Shown here: positions 52,860 through 64,000 of the stretch, piece after piece | Layout: each line of letters begins with the position of its first letter | Position numbering within the stretch: position 1 is the stretch's first letter | NCBI RefSeq assembly: GCF_006345805.1 | Contig: NC_042997.1 | Coordinates: 158,100,001 to 158,164,000, forward strand | Source: Octopus sinensis | Lineage: Eukaryota | Length of the DNA stretch: 64,000 nucleotides | Direction of reading: 5' to 3' | Program-made: the position numbers and the translations under genes | Notes under the pieces: generated by a model | Databases searched by the model: none | Told to the model about the DNA's origin: nothing | What the model saw: only the letters and a program-made list of their open reading frames with translations

Positions 52860-54479
52860 AAGCGTCATTGTTCTTAGAATTATGACCTTCCTCTCAGCCC
52901 ATTCTCCTATCCCGTTGCTACTGCTACTACCTTTAAACTCGAATTTTGATATCGTTCCTGTATCTCTCTGTCCTTGTGTGTTCAACCACACTGTCGCCAT
53001 CGTGGTAGTTATTGTTACCACCACTACTCTTGTCGTTATTGGTAGAGTTGTTATTGATGCAGCCGTCTGACAAGGTACTGTATGTGCGTGTACTGTAAGG
53101 TGTGTTTATGCATGTATATAAGTTCACTTCCTATGGTCTTTTTGTCCGTGTCCTTTATACAATTTCCTTTTTATCTATCTCTGTTTCTTATATTTATCAC
53201 AGGTATGTGCATATTTGTCTATTGTGTGTGTATTACACTGTATTTGTTTTCGTTTTCTTCCTTTAGTCTTTAGTTGTCATGCTGTGTGGTGTGGTGGTGG
53301 GTGTTATTTTCCATTCATGCTTATTGTCTAGGTTCGGTCTGCCTATTTCTATGTGTGTTACCTCTGTGATCTGTCTAAGTATAGTGTCAGTTCTATGCAC
53401 TGCTAATACCTTAACCTCTGTAGTGAGACACGAACGCACTATTTTGTCGTACTTTGCCTATTTAATCCAACTGGAGCTAGCTTCGGAAGGATGCATGCAG
53501 CAACTTCCGCCCATTACAATTGCGTGACTTACATTGACAGCAAGGAAGCAACATCCCTTTCTACAATGTGGCACCTATTTTATGTTGACCACTAATTTAA
53601 TCAGTTGTGGATTTGACGGCCCTAGTGGCAACATCAACCTTTCTGCTACCACCACCATTGAGATTAACCAGACTCATCCATCTCTCATCACCCATTGTGT
53701 ATCTTCAACACCAAACTCCGCCCTAACAACGGCACATAGTTTTCTTCCCTAACAATTCATATATTTTAATAAGTCCCCCTACGCATATTCTGCTGAATCT
53801 GCGAACTCGTAGTTATTTAAGAATATCAACCGCACCGATCTCACCGCGCATTTCAAAGTGAGTTTGTGAACGTCATGAGCGCTGCTCTTTCGTTCAGTTC
53901 AAGCCATACGTCACCACCAGGTTGACTTGCGGCGTATTATTTCATTATTTTGTGCTATGTAAGTATTTTTATGATTTAGCTACATAGTATCTAAGCGTTT
54001 ATTGATTGTTATCTCCAGCAATTATCGCTATGAGAAAAATTTACTCCCTTTTCTTTTCAAAAAGAAAAAAAAAGAATACTCATGCTCTGTTATCTAATTA
54101 TAACAGCGAGAACCTGGAAATTCTCCCTAACTGCGGCTTCAGAAAATCTTTACATCTTTGTAAATTCTACAATCGTCTCTATCAGTCGGTTTTATATGGA
54201 TATACGTAAATGTTGAATGAGAATGTTTTAAATGCTGGCGGTGATGAAAGCGTTAGTATATTTATATGTATACATACTACTTTATGACATATTTAAGCTG
54301 GTTTTTGATATCGTTTGAAAATCGACTAATATCACAGGATTTGGTACAAGAAATGTTTATCTATGGGCGCCATTTATACGGCAACGAAAGATGTGTGTTG
54401 TCAAAAGTAATTTACTAGTTCACAAGTAATTTAAGTACACCTATGTGTGTGTGTGTATATATATACATATATATATATA

Positions 54480-54513
<34 letters not shown>

Positions 54514-54693
54514 GTATGTATATATATATTATATATATAATATATATATATATATATATGTGTGGGTGTGTGTATATAAATATATACATGTATATATACA
54601 TATACATATATATAGTGAATATATGAAGTTAGGTATGAATACACATACACATATATGTAAGTATGCATGTATGTATGTATGTATGTATGTATG

Positions 54694-54756
<63 letters not shown>

Positions 54757-55571
54757 TTTATTTAAAGCACCAGAAAATTCAACAAAACCTGTTACTCTGA
54801 GTTTCACGTTGCCGTTCGTCGGACAGTTTTTGCTAGAATAGAACCGATATGTCAATTCTATCCAGACTAGTATAAACGCTACACCTTTAAAAATGGACTT
54901 GTTTGATTGGTCCTTTACAAATGTGTAAGTGAGCGTATGTTTGTACTTAAGTACATACATACACGATTGTATGTGTATGTATCCACTTGAACTTGTGTGT
55001 TTGCGTACTTGTCTCTCTCTATATATATGTGTCAGTATATGTGCTTACACAATTTGTATACAAATTTTTCTTCTTTCCTTTCCTTCTTTTTCCTTTCTCC
55101 CCATTTTTCTTTTTTCTCTCTCTTCCTTTCTTTCGTTTTTTCTCTCCCTATTCGTTACTTGTATAGAGCCCTGTAACTTTACGTCCCCTCCCTCCCTTAC
55201 TCATGTCTTCAGCTTTATATTGTAAATAAGAACGCCCCTTCCCCATCGATAAATTTAGCTTATAGTCTATATGGATACAATGATTTTGCATGCGAGCTAG
55301 ATTGCGTATACATATGTGTACATGCATTTGTGTGTATATTTTAGCTTTGTATTTATACGTCTGTATATGTATGTGGTCTCCGCACATCTATGTGTGTATG
55401 TTGATGTATATATGTATAGTTTTATATGAATATGTACTGTTGTGTAATATTTTAATGCATTTTAACGTTTTATTTTCAATTTCCATGTATTAATTATATT
55501 TCCTTTATTAATGACAATATGTATTTTAACCAAAGATTCGATGTAAGTTTTTTTCCTCGAATTCTATCATT

Positions 55572-55607
<36 letters not shown>

Positions 55608-55812
55608 ATGAGCTCATTTTTGTTTATCGCTCGAAAATCGACCGTTATTTGTAAAGGACCAATCAAACAAGTCCATTTTTAAATGTGTAGTGTTTATACT
55701 AGTCTGAATAGAATTGACATATCGGTTCTATTCTAGCAAAAACTGTCCGAAGAACGGCAACGTGAAACTCAGAATAACAGATTTTGTTGAATTTTCTGCT
55801 GCTTTAAATAAA
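54757..55812. repeat. Long inverted repeat (166-bp arms, about 725-bp spacer); probable non-autonomous TIR element
   Basis: 54757-54922 is the reverse complement of 55647-55812, with about 7 mismatches counted by eye. Confidence 0.9.
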
Positions 55813-55884
55813 GCATATTACTCTACCACTGGTATTTGAGTACTCTTTTTTCCACCTTGTTTCACAGTTATGTGTTTACTCCGG

Positions 55885-55929
<45 letters not shown>

Positions 55930-55982
55930 ATGCATGAAATAGTAAAAATGAAAAAGACATTTAATTTATACATACACACACA

Positions 55983-56030
<48 letters not shown>

Positions 56031-56129
56031 CATACATACATGCATATACGCGCACACGTGAATTATATTGGCGAAATGAGATGTTCTTAATTTATTTGGA
56101 GATTTACAAACAGCTTGCTCAAGTGATAT

Positions 56130-56585
56130 TAATCGAAATATTTCAAAGGTTATGCGGAGAGCATGCGCGTCACTTCGTGCCTTCCTCTCGACGACTTTCC
56201 AGCATACAGGTTTCCGTTGGTGATATGAGGAACCCCTCTCACTTGATAGTTTGTTTTGAATCAGCCGCACCAGGTGCATTTATCAATTCAGTCTAGTTTG
56301 ATTCCTGGGGCGATTTAGTTCGCGTTTAAAGGTCAATATTCCAACTTATTCCCCGATCGCCTGTAGGTTTCAGGTATCACCAAGAGAAAATGCAAGCCGT
56401 TTCAGTGCATTCCTTTCGATAGATTTATAGTGAACTGGGTTACATAGTTTACAAAACTGATTGTAATTTCGTGATTCGATTTTTAACTCCAATGCGGAGA
56501 TTTACTGCAGCTTGTTGTCAGAGGTATACTTATTTTCATTCGTATAAGCTTGGTGCTTCGGTGTGATCACTTTTTGCAGGTGAGT
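56130..56585 (+). promoter_or_regulatory. Candidate promoter or first non-coding exon (CpG-enriched, NRF1-like motif, strong donor site)
   Basis: Non-repetitive CpG-enriched stretch, GCATGCGC at 56161-56168, and consensus donor CAG|GTGAGT at 56579/56580. Confidence 0.3.
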
Positions 56586-56744
56586 TGTTATTTATCTACC
56601 TTGTCATTAAGGAGGGGATTTTATTTGTTGATGAAGAAGACATATTTTTATGTGCTTTATAACAAGTGTTGCGTCTGTGCGCTCGACCTTTAACCCTTTT
56701 GTGGTCGATAAATAAATTGTCACTCAAACACAGAGGACGATTCT

Positions 56745-56850
56745 TCTTCTTCTTCTTCTTCTTTCTTCTTCTTCTTCTTTTCTTCTTCTTCTTCTTCTAC
56801 TACTACTACTACTACTACTACTAACTACTACTACTACTACTACTACTTCT
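56745..56850. repeat. Compound (TCT)n/(ACT)n microsatellite
   Basis: Directly visible. Confidence 0.95.
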
Positions 56851-58924
56851 TCGGAATCTCTCTCGATCGTTCTATCTGTAAGTAATACACTCTGTTCATA
56901 CCTGGAGTCGTATAAAGCCATTGCAAGCCGTAGGTTACAGCACAGTTCTTACAGCTCAATAACAAATTTACTGCCCCATCACCGCATAAAAATATACATA
57001 CATGTGTTCATGTATATATACGCATATGTTTAGAAACGGGAAAAAGTAACGGTCAATACATGGTGTGATTTATAGTTATTGAAAAACAGTTGAAGATTCC
57101 TTCTGTAACTACTTGAAGTTTCACACACAGCTGGTCTGAAAATAGCTAGCTGACTGTCGAAGCTGAGGTGGCTGCCCGCATAGTGTCGACCACCTTTGTT
57201 AATGGTTGAGCACCTGTTCGGTCGTAGGTCAGAAAAATTCTGACTAGACTGCTTCGGCTTGTTGAGAAACTTATTGGTACTTTGCAGACACAGCTTCAAC
57301 TATTCATCAAAAAATTGCCAGCCTGATCATTGCCCAAAATATGGACATACAAAAATAGCTAAAGAACAAATAATTTTTAATCAACTGATATTTTACTCGT
57401 ATGTTAGGGTTTATATCTTTTAGATTACTATTACTGTTGTCGTGGTTGCTTCATTTACTCTATAGAACATTACCATAATTGGCTCTTTCAATATATCGAT
57501 TGAAAAATCTGATAAAGAATTAATACAAATAGAAACTAAAATATGCAAAGTCTTCAATGAAGCTAACAGAGCATTGAAAAACAAAAAGAAAACCAAATGG
57601 AATCCGTGATATCAAAAGATTCTGGCAATAGAAAATTCACCGAATAATGGAGACATTAGACGAATTACCGAATAAAGTAAAACAAACATAATACAAACTG
57701 GGATTATATTTACATTCCATAGAGATTTGGTATTAATTGTAGACACTAGACTACCGATATAGTTATTTATAGAATTTGAGTTTAATACATAACTTCCATG
57801 CGTTCTAAAGCATACAGAATTTTGACTTTACTTCGAGGACCGCTGTGAAGTGGATATAAGTACTATGTAACTATTAAACCAGCTGTAGGTAGTGGTTATT
57901 TTGTTTCGAATCTTCATCAGTCTAGTACACACCCTGCAATCTGAATGAGATTTGAAATGATATTTGCATGCCGCAATTGTCCTTAAAGGTTGTGCTTAAC
58001 CATACGCAAAACATACAACCAGCTGGATTAGAAGAGATGATGTTGACACTATGGGTAATGAATACTGTGATATCTCTACGACCCATAGTAAAACATTTTC
58101 ATTTCATTTTGAATATGTAGTTATCTGGTGGGTACTACTAAAAGGTAACTAGTCATTCCAATAGAGACAAAGTTGTTAAATTTGTGTATACCCAACTCCT
58201 AGAGTTATATATCCCGACTGATGGTACAGTTTTGCTTAATTCCAAAGTATATATACGCGTCAGTATAGTTATGCTCTTCTTGTAACTTAAAGAATTTCGG
58301 GTAACTTAAAGAATTTCGAGCTTTGAGTTTTGTTACGGCATTCTTTGATCATTAATAATCCTATTTGATGTACTTGCTTAATCATTTCAGTAATTTAGGG
58401 TATCCTGGATTTGGTCCCAACCTTTCTCGGAAAGATAGTTATGCGGAACACCTCAGAAACTTGTATTCTTAGCAGGACTAAGATACAACATCAATACACA
58501 TAGGTCGTAAGTGAAGTCTGAAGAGAATGCAACAAATCAACAATTTCCTTGTATCTATCACGATTGAGTTACATAACTGTCTTCCACACTTTGATCAACA
58601 TACTAGTCATATAAAAGAACGTGGATTTATGCAAAATTATCCTGTTCTTGATTTTTTTGCGTACCATAAGTATCGGGTTGTCGGGAAAGTTCGTGCCGAT
58701 TTATAGTAGCTTACCTTTCAACTTATTTTAGAACATGGTTGAGCCCATAAAATAGGATTTGACTATACCTCCATTTAGAACACAGTTTAAGCTACCTTTT
58801 CGTGGAAGAAGGTTTATGTTCCTATAACCTGTGTTAATGGTGTAACCCTTTGGAATGGAAGATAAAAAATTTCATTTTCAGCACTTGATGCTTTGGGAAA
58901 CATACAATAATTGATGCAGCTCGG

Positions 58925-59155
58925 TTGGATGTGTTACCCCACCCTCCATATTCACCAGATATGGCTCCTTCAGATTTCCACTTATTCAGATTTCTACAGA
59001 ATAGCCTTAATGGTAAAAATGTCAATTCCTTGGATGGCATAAAAAGATACCTTGATGAATTCTTTACCATGAAACCACCTCAATTCTGGGAAAAGGGTAT
59101 TTTTAAGTTAAAGGAAAGATGGAGACGCATTGTGCAACAAAATGGTTCATATTTG
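58925..59155 (+). pseudogene. Mariner transposase C-terminal remnant
   Basis: VLPHPPYSPDMAPSDFHLFRFLQNSLNGK...FWEKGIFKLKERWRRIVQQNGSY, including the YSPDLAPSD motif with the third catalytic Asp. Frameshifted upstream. Confidence 0.92.
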
Positions 59156-59156
59156 G

Positions 59157-59525
59157 TTACTCTTTTACTTGTTTCAGTCATTTGACTGCGGCCATGCTGG
59201 AGCACCGCCTTTAGTCGAGCAAATCGACCCCGGGACTTATTCTTTGTAAGCCCAGTACTTATTCTATCGGTCTCTTTTGCCGAACCGCTAAGTGACGGGG
59301 ACGTAAACACACCAGCATCGGTTGTCAAGCAATGCTAGGGGGACAAACACAGACACACAAACACACACACACATATATATATAAATATACATATATACGA
59401 CAGGCTTCTTTCAGTTTCCGTCTACCAAATCCACTCACAAGGCATTGGTCGGCCCGGAGCCATAGCAGAAGACACTTGCCCAAGATGCCACGCAGTGGGA
59501 CTGAACCCGGAACCTTGTGGTTGGT
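59157..59525 (-). mobile_element. SINE family A, slightly 5'-truncated, inserted in the mariner element
   Basis: Nearly identical to 49419-49838 over the shared length. Confidence 0.92.
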
Positions 59526-60887
59526 TGTAATGGCAAGTATTTATTGACCTTTTACTTTCCTTTAAAAATCGGCACGAAGTTTCCGGACAACCCAATGTTG
59601 CTGTTTTCTTAGGCTCAGGTTTTAGTTGTTGGAATTGTTATCAAATTTCACGGGAGAATGTTCCTGCCGCGATGACCGTCGCTATACTGTTCTCTGCACA
59701 ATCCCAGTAAACAAGATGACGTGATAGGCTCTAACATGAGCTGAAAAATTAACACGCAACAAGGCTAATTGTGCCTTTAACTGATATTTCTGATATCTGG
59801 TAATCACCTAACATCGTCTCCTTTAAGATATGAAATCGTCAGATGCCAAACTTATTTTCTAATATGAAATAATCCCTTTAAAGTGTATAGTATCACGAAC
59901 TTTAGAATATAAGTCTATTATGACAACTGTGATACAACAAAAATGTGTTAATGAAGCAGTTAATAAATTCAGGGCTGATTTCCTGTCTAGACCACTCGAG
60001 CGCCCCAAATGCTTGTATCGGTACGGATATAGCAAATGCATTGTGAAGTATTTTCTTGTAAGAGTTTTGCTTTGGTTACCAAATCATTTTTGTCTATTAT
60101 AGTTATATTTGTTTATTTCATATTTGTTCACAGAAACTTTGTAATATATATTTTCATCATTACCGAGGTATTTGTAGCGCTAGGAGTGTGATAAAGAAAG
60201 GAGATATGTTAGATGTGAAAATTCACCAAAGTCATGTCAACAGGAAATATTTCGTATATTGCTCTATAGATTGTCCCAAAGAAATTATGAGTAATATATC
60301 TCTTGCGGTTATAGACCCTAGAATTATACCAAGTCTGATAGAATGACATTTAGTAGGATTTTTTAATGGAAGTGTTTGAACAATATTCCTTGTACTGATA
60401 TCAACGCTTGTATTCAAAAACCTTAGGGATTATTTATGTTAATTCTAGGGCAATGCTTTACGGGTGACACTATATAATGTTTTAGTAACAATATGAAATA
60501 AACAAGACGTGGGTGCACGCGTGCGTATCACTGTATGCATATCGTAATGTAAAACTTGCAAGCCAACGCATCACATGACAGAGAACACTATGTGTTGGGT
60601 GGAGTGGTTAGATATGTACATTATATAGAACACTCCAAAAGCTTGCTGCTCATTATACTATGAAATTCGTTGTAGATTGGGCTGTCCACGACACTGAACA
60701 CATACACAAATGCACAATCGCATACACTGGCGCGCGCGCGCACACACACACTCAACACACACACACACACATACACACACAAACACAAATGCACGAGTAG
60801 AAATGCAGACATATATACATATATAGATACACACACATATTCATATATATCCATGCACACGTTTAATATTTATGCATAAGTATATTA

Positions 60888-60924
<37 letters not shown>

Positions 60925-60929
60925 TACAC

Positions 60930-60998
<69 letters not shown>

Positions 60999-62205
60999 TT
61001 AGTATATATATATGTGTGTGTGTGTGTTTATACGAACACATACACACACTTACACACGCACTAACAGAAGTACATATATTTACATACACACACACACACA
61101 GATGTGCATATATTTATGCAGATGCATGTGTGTACATATATAAATATACATACGGAGGAGGAGATTGTAAAAAGATAGGCTTATTTGAGTGCATATGAGA
61201 ATTACTCAATAAATATTTAAAATTATATATATATATCTTTAGGTTTAATTATAATTTATATTTATCAATGTATGCACTAACAAGAAAGAAAAAAACGCCC
61301 TATCTTTTGTTGTTTGATGATATTGACAACGTCAACGCATCGTAAACATCTTGATTATAACTTTTAGAAAATTAATATACAGACAAATTAGATCCTGTTA
61401 TTGATAAAATGCTTTTTAAATTCATATATTCAATTTTGTTTTAATATCAATGAATTTACTTCTTAATCGGAAAACAGACTAGGAATAGAACAAAAGAATG
61501 GATATCGATCAATTTTTTTCCCAGCTTCCCAACCCAAATATTTCTAATTTTAGCAACAAGAGCTTGTATATTCAGCGGCAAGTGGCGTTTCATCCTATAT
61601 CTTTAAATCTTGCACAAACTTAGGCTAATATTTGTCTAAGATCTTCCTTCTCAACAAGTGTTGCGATCATTTAGAAAGTGAAAACTGACAAGAAGTTTTC
61701 TTATAGAAGACAAAATACCCACGCCGTTTGTTTCATGTTATACATGTTTGGTAAGTGATGATTATTTCATTGACCGGTAGCCAACCACGACACAGTCAAT
61801 ATCGATGGCTGAATCGAAGAGTAACTCCTGTTTGCTTATCGACAGCAAATAATTTAACGCAAAAATAGTCACACGCAACCACAAAACACACACGTTTTCA
61901 GACATGGACGTATTTATACACTTATATAATCTATATGATAAGGTTGCATACATATATTTGTCTATGTGTAAATGTATTCAATTATCTCTAAATCATGGCA
62001 ACCAATGTTTATTCTATTACCAGTGCAGAATGTCTGTGGGAGTGTATATATACACACACACATGCATACATACATACATACATACGTACATACATACATA
62101 CATATATACACACACATATATGCATATAGATGCATATATATATATATTTATATATATGTGTGTGTGTTTTTAGAAACACATACACACGTACACACGCACT
62201 CACAG

Positions 62206-62267
<62 letters not shown>

Positions 62268-62405
62268 ATGAATATACATACATGTATACGTGTGCGTGCA
62301 CTTGCGTGTGTATGTGTGTATGTATGAATACTTTTATAAAGAATTCGAAAAGTTTGAAATGATGGTAACCAGCAATGTTTGCTTCGATACTTTTAAAAAC
62401 GTTAG

Positions 62406-62456
62406 ACAAATTACTCTGATCCATGAACAAATCCGAACGACATCGCCGTACACTGA
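62406..62456 (+). other. Candidate host start exon (MNKSERHRRTL, phase-1 donor)
   Basis: Acceptor ...cgttAG at 62404-62405, ATG at 62423 after an in-frame upstream stop, donor CTGA|GTAAGT at 62456/62457. No homology recognised. Confidence 0.25.
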
Positions 62457-63295
62457 GTAAGTTGAGTGTAAATAAGACGCTCAAGATATTTATCAATAGA
62501 AAAAGCTTCTTGATGGAGCACGGTAGAAGAGATAATGAATGTCAAGTCATGTTCAGTATCCTTGGCTTTTCATAGCTATTGCAGTGTCTTTCAAAGTTTC
62601 GTTCGTATCTTGAGTCAAATGACAGCCAACATGCTTTGCGTTATTAAATAATGGCGTTCATTATGCTTACGCATGCATATTCAAAGAGTTTCAAAGGGAA
62701 TGGGAGACAGAGATAGAAACAGAGAGAGAGAGAGAGAGAAGGAGAAGGAGGGAAATTGAGAGGAAAAAGAAAATTAAAAGGGTGAGAATGAGAAAGCAAG
62801 AGAAAGTGAGAGAGTGAGGGAAAGCCATAGAAGAACAGAAGCAACGAAAAAGAGATTGATATGATAAATACGTATAAATGTTTTTGTTTTATGTTGGTTT
62901 GTGTTTATGTCGGCTATTCTTTTCATATAAGACATAAGTTCTTCTGATTTGTATCTGATGGTATGACAAAGCGCTGGACTATTGGTTGTTGGGGAAATAA
63001 TTTATATGCTGTAAACTGCAATACTGTTTATCTCTGGAAAATCATTTTTCAATAACTAATTCCACCTGGATTTATGAAGCTTTGTAGTTTATGTATAAGC
63101 AGTACTGACGCTTTTAAATGACGGGTGGCCGTTACCTTACGGATGCAATGCAACAACTCTCTATATTAGATCACACCATGAATGATGATATGAAACTATT
63201 TTCAAACTCCCTTTCTTAGCTCTTTATTTTCTTTCTGCCATTGTGGCTAAGGCAATGCTAAACAACCAAAGGCATATCTGTTGAATAAAGCGTAC

Positions 63296-63455
63296 GCAGA
63301 CATGACTGTGTGGTAAGAAGCTTGCTTCTCAACCACATAGTACCCGTTCAGTCCCACTGTGTGGCACCTTGGGCTACTGTCTTCTACTATAGCCTCGGAC
63401 CGATCAAAACCTTGTGAGTGGATTTGGTAGATGGAAACTGAACGAAGCGCGTTGT
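63296..63455 (+). mobile_element. 5' half of SINE family A, running into a (TA)n/(TATG)n tract
   Basis: Matches the head of 18081-18240. Confidence 0.85.
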
Positions 63456-63461
63456 ATATCT

Positions 63462-63493
<32 letters not shown>

Positions 63494-63536
63494 ATATATA
63501 TATATTATATAATATATATATATATATACATACATG

Positions 63537-63588
<52 letters not shown>

Positions 63589-64000
63589 TATATATATATA
63601 TATATGTGTGTGTATGTATGTATATATGTATGTATGTATGTATGCATGTATGTATATATGCATGTATGTATGTACGCATGTATGTATGTATGTATGTATG
63701 TATGTATGTATGTATGTATGTATGTATGTATGTGTGTATGTACTTACGTGTGTGGGTTTGCATCCGTTTCCTCCCACCATGGATTTTTATTCGCATACCC
63801 GGTAACCCTCGTTGCCAACTGTGAAATATTAATATTTTTCAACTGATCCTAATTCGATACGGGAAAAATTCACAACCACCCGCACCAATAAACAACTACT
63901 GTTCCTGAAAGTTGTTTTTAATATTTTCTACAGATTGCTTGAAGGTCACTTTCTTCCTATACCTCCATACGTAGATGTTACATTTACATATATGTAAATA

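Larger units (their letters stand above)
58673..59595 (+). mobile_element. Internally deleted mariner transposon with both TIRs and a nested SINE
   Basis: TIRs tcgggttgtcgggaaagttcgtgccgattt (from 58673, preceded by TA) and aaatcggcacgaagtttccggacaacccaa (ending 59595). Transposase C-terminus inside. Confidence 0.88.

Noticed and set aside
53867-53902. Hammerhead-like layout on the minus strand (ctgaacga-aagagc-agc-gctc-atgacgtt)
   Set aside because: Both core boxes are altered; at best an unrecognisable relic.
57903-57920. Minus-strand CTGATGAAGATTCGAAAC
   Set aside because: Stem II is too short, and there is no stem I partner or cleavage triplet.
58281-58318. Tandem duplication of gtaacttaaagaatttcg (similar 16-bp duplication at ~40070-40100)
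   Set aside because: Ordinary local slippage duplications.

Overview
AT-rich, repeat-dominated eukaryotic DNA. It is most likely intergenic or intronic sequence from an octopod cephalopod; this is inferred from two abundant tRNA-like SINE families that resemble Octopus repeats and from the very high microsatellite load. I could not confidently identify any host protein-coding gene, rRNA, true tRNA or CRISPR array, and most entries in the ORF track are translations of (TA)n, (CA)n, (TATG)n or trinucleotide repeats. Supported content: a 5'-damaged CR1-group LINE with an open 552-aa RT frame (6173-7831); relics of R4/Dong-type, Tx1/L1-type, RTE-type and Penelope-like retroelements; mariner relics and several inverted-repeat (MITE or foldback) elements; and many SINEs. 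The most interesting signal is a set of type-I minimal hammerhead-ribozyme folds (10009-10084 +, 46776-46856 -, 47697-47758 +). Two of them lie in adjacent small, apparently non-coding, terminally repeated units of 534 and 497 bp inside a (TA)n tract, an architecture expected for Penelope pLTR-derived or retrozyme-like elements. A few weak splice-signal candidates for host exons are also listed.
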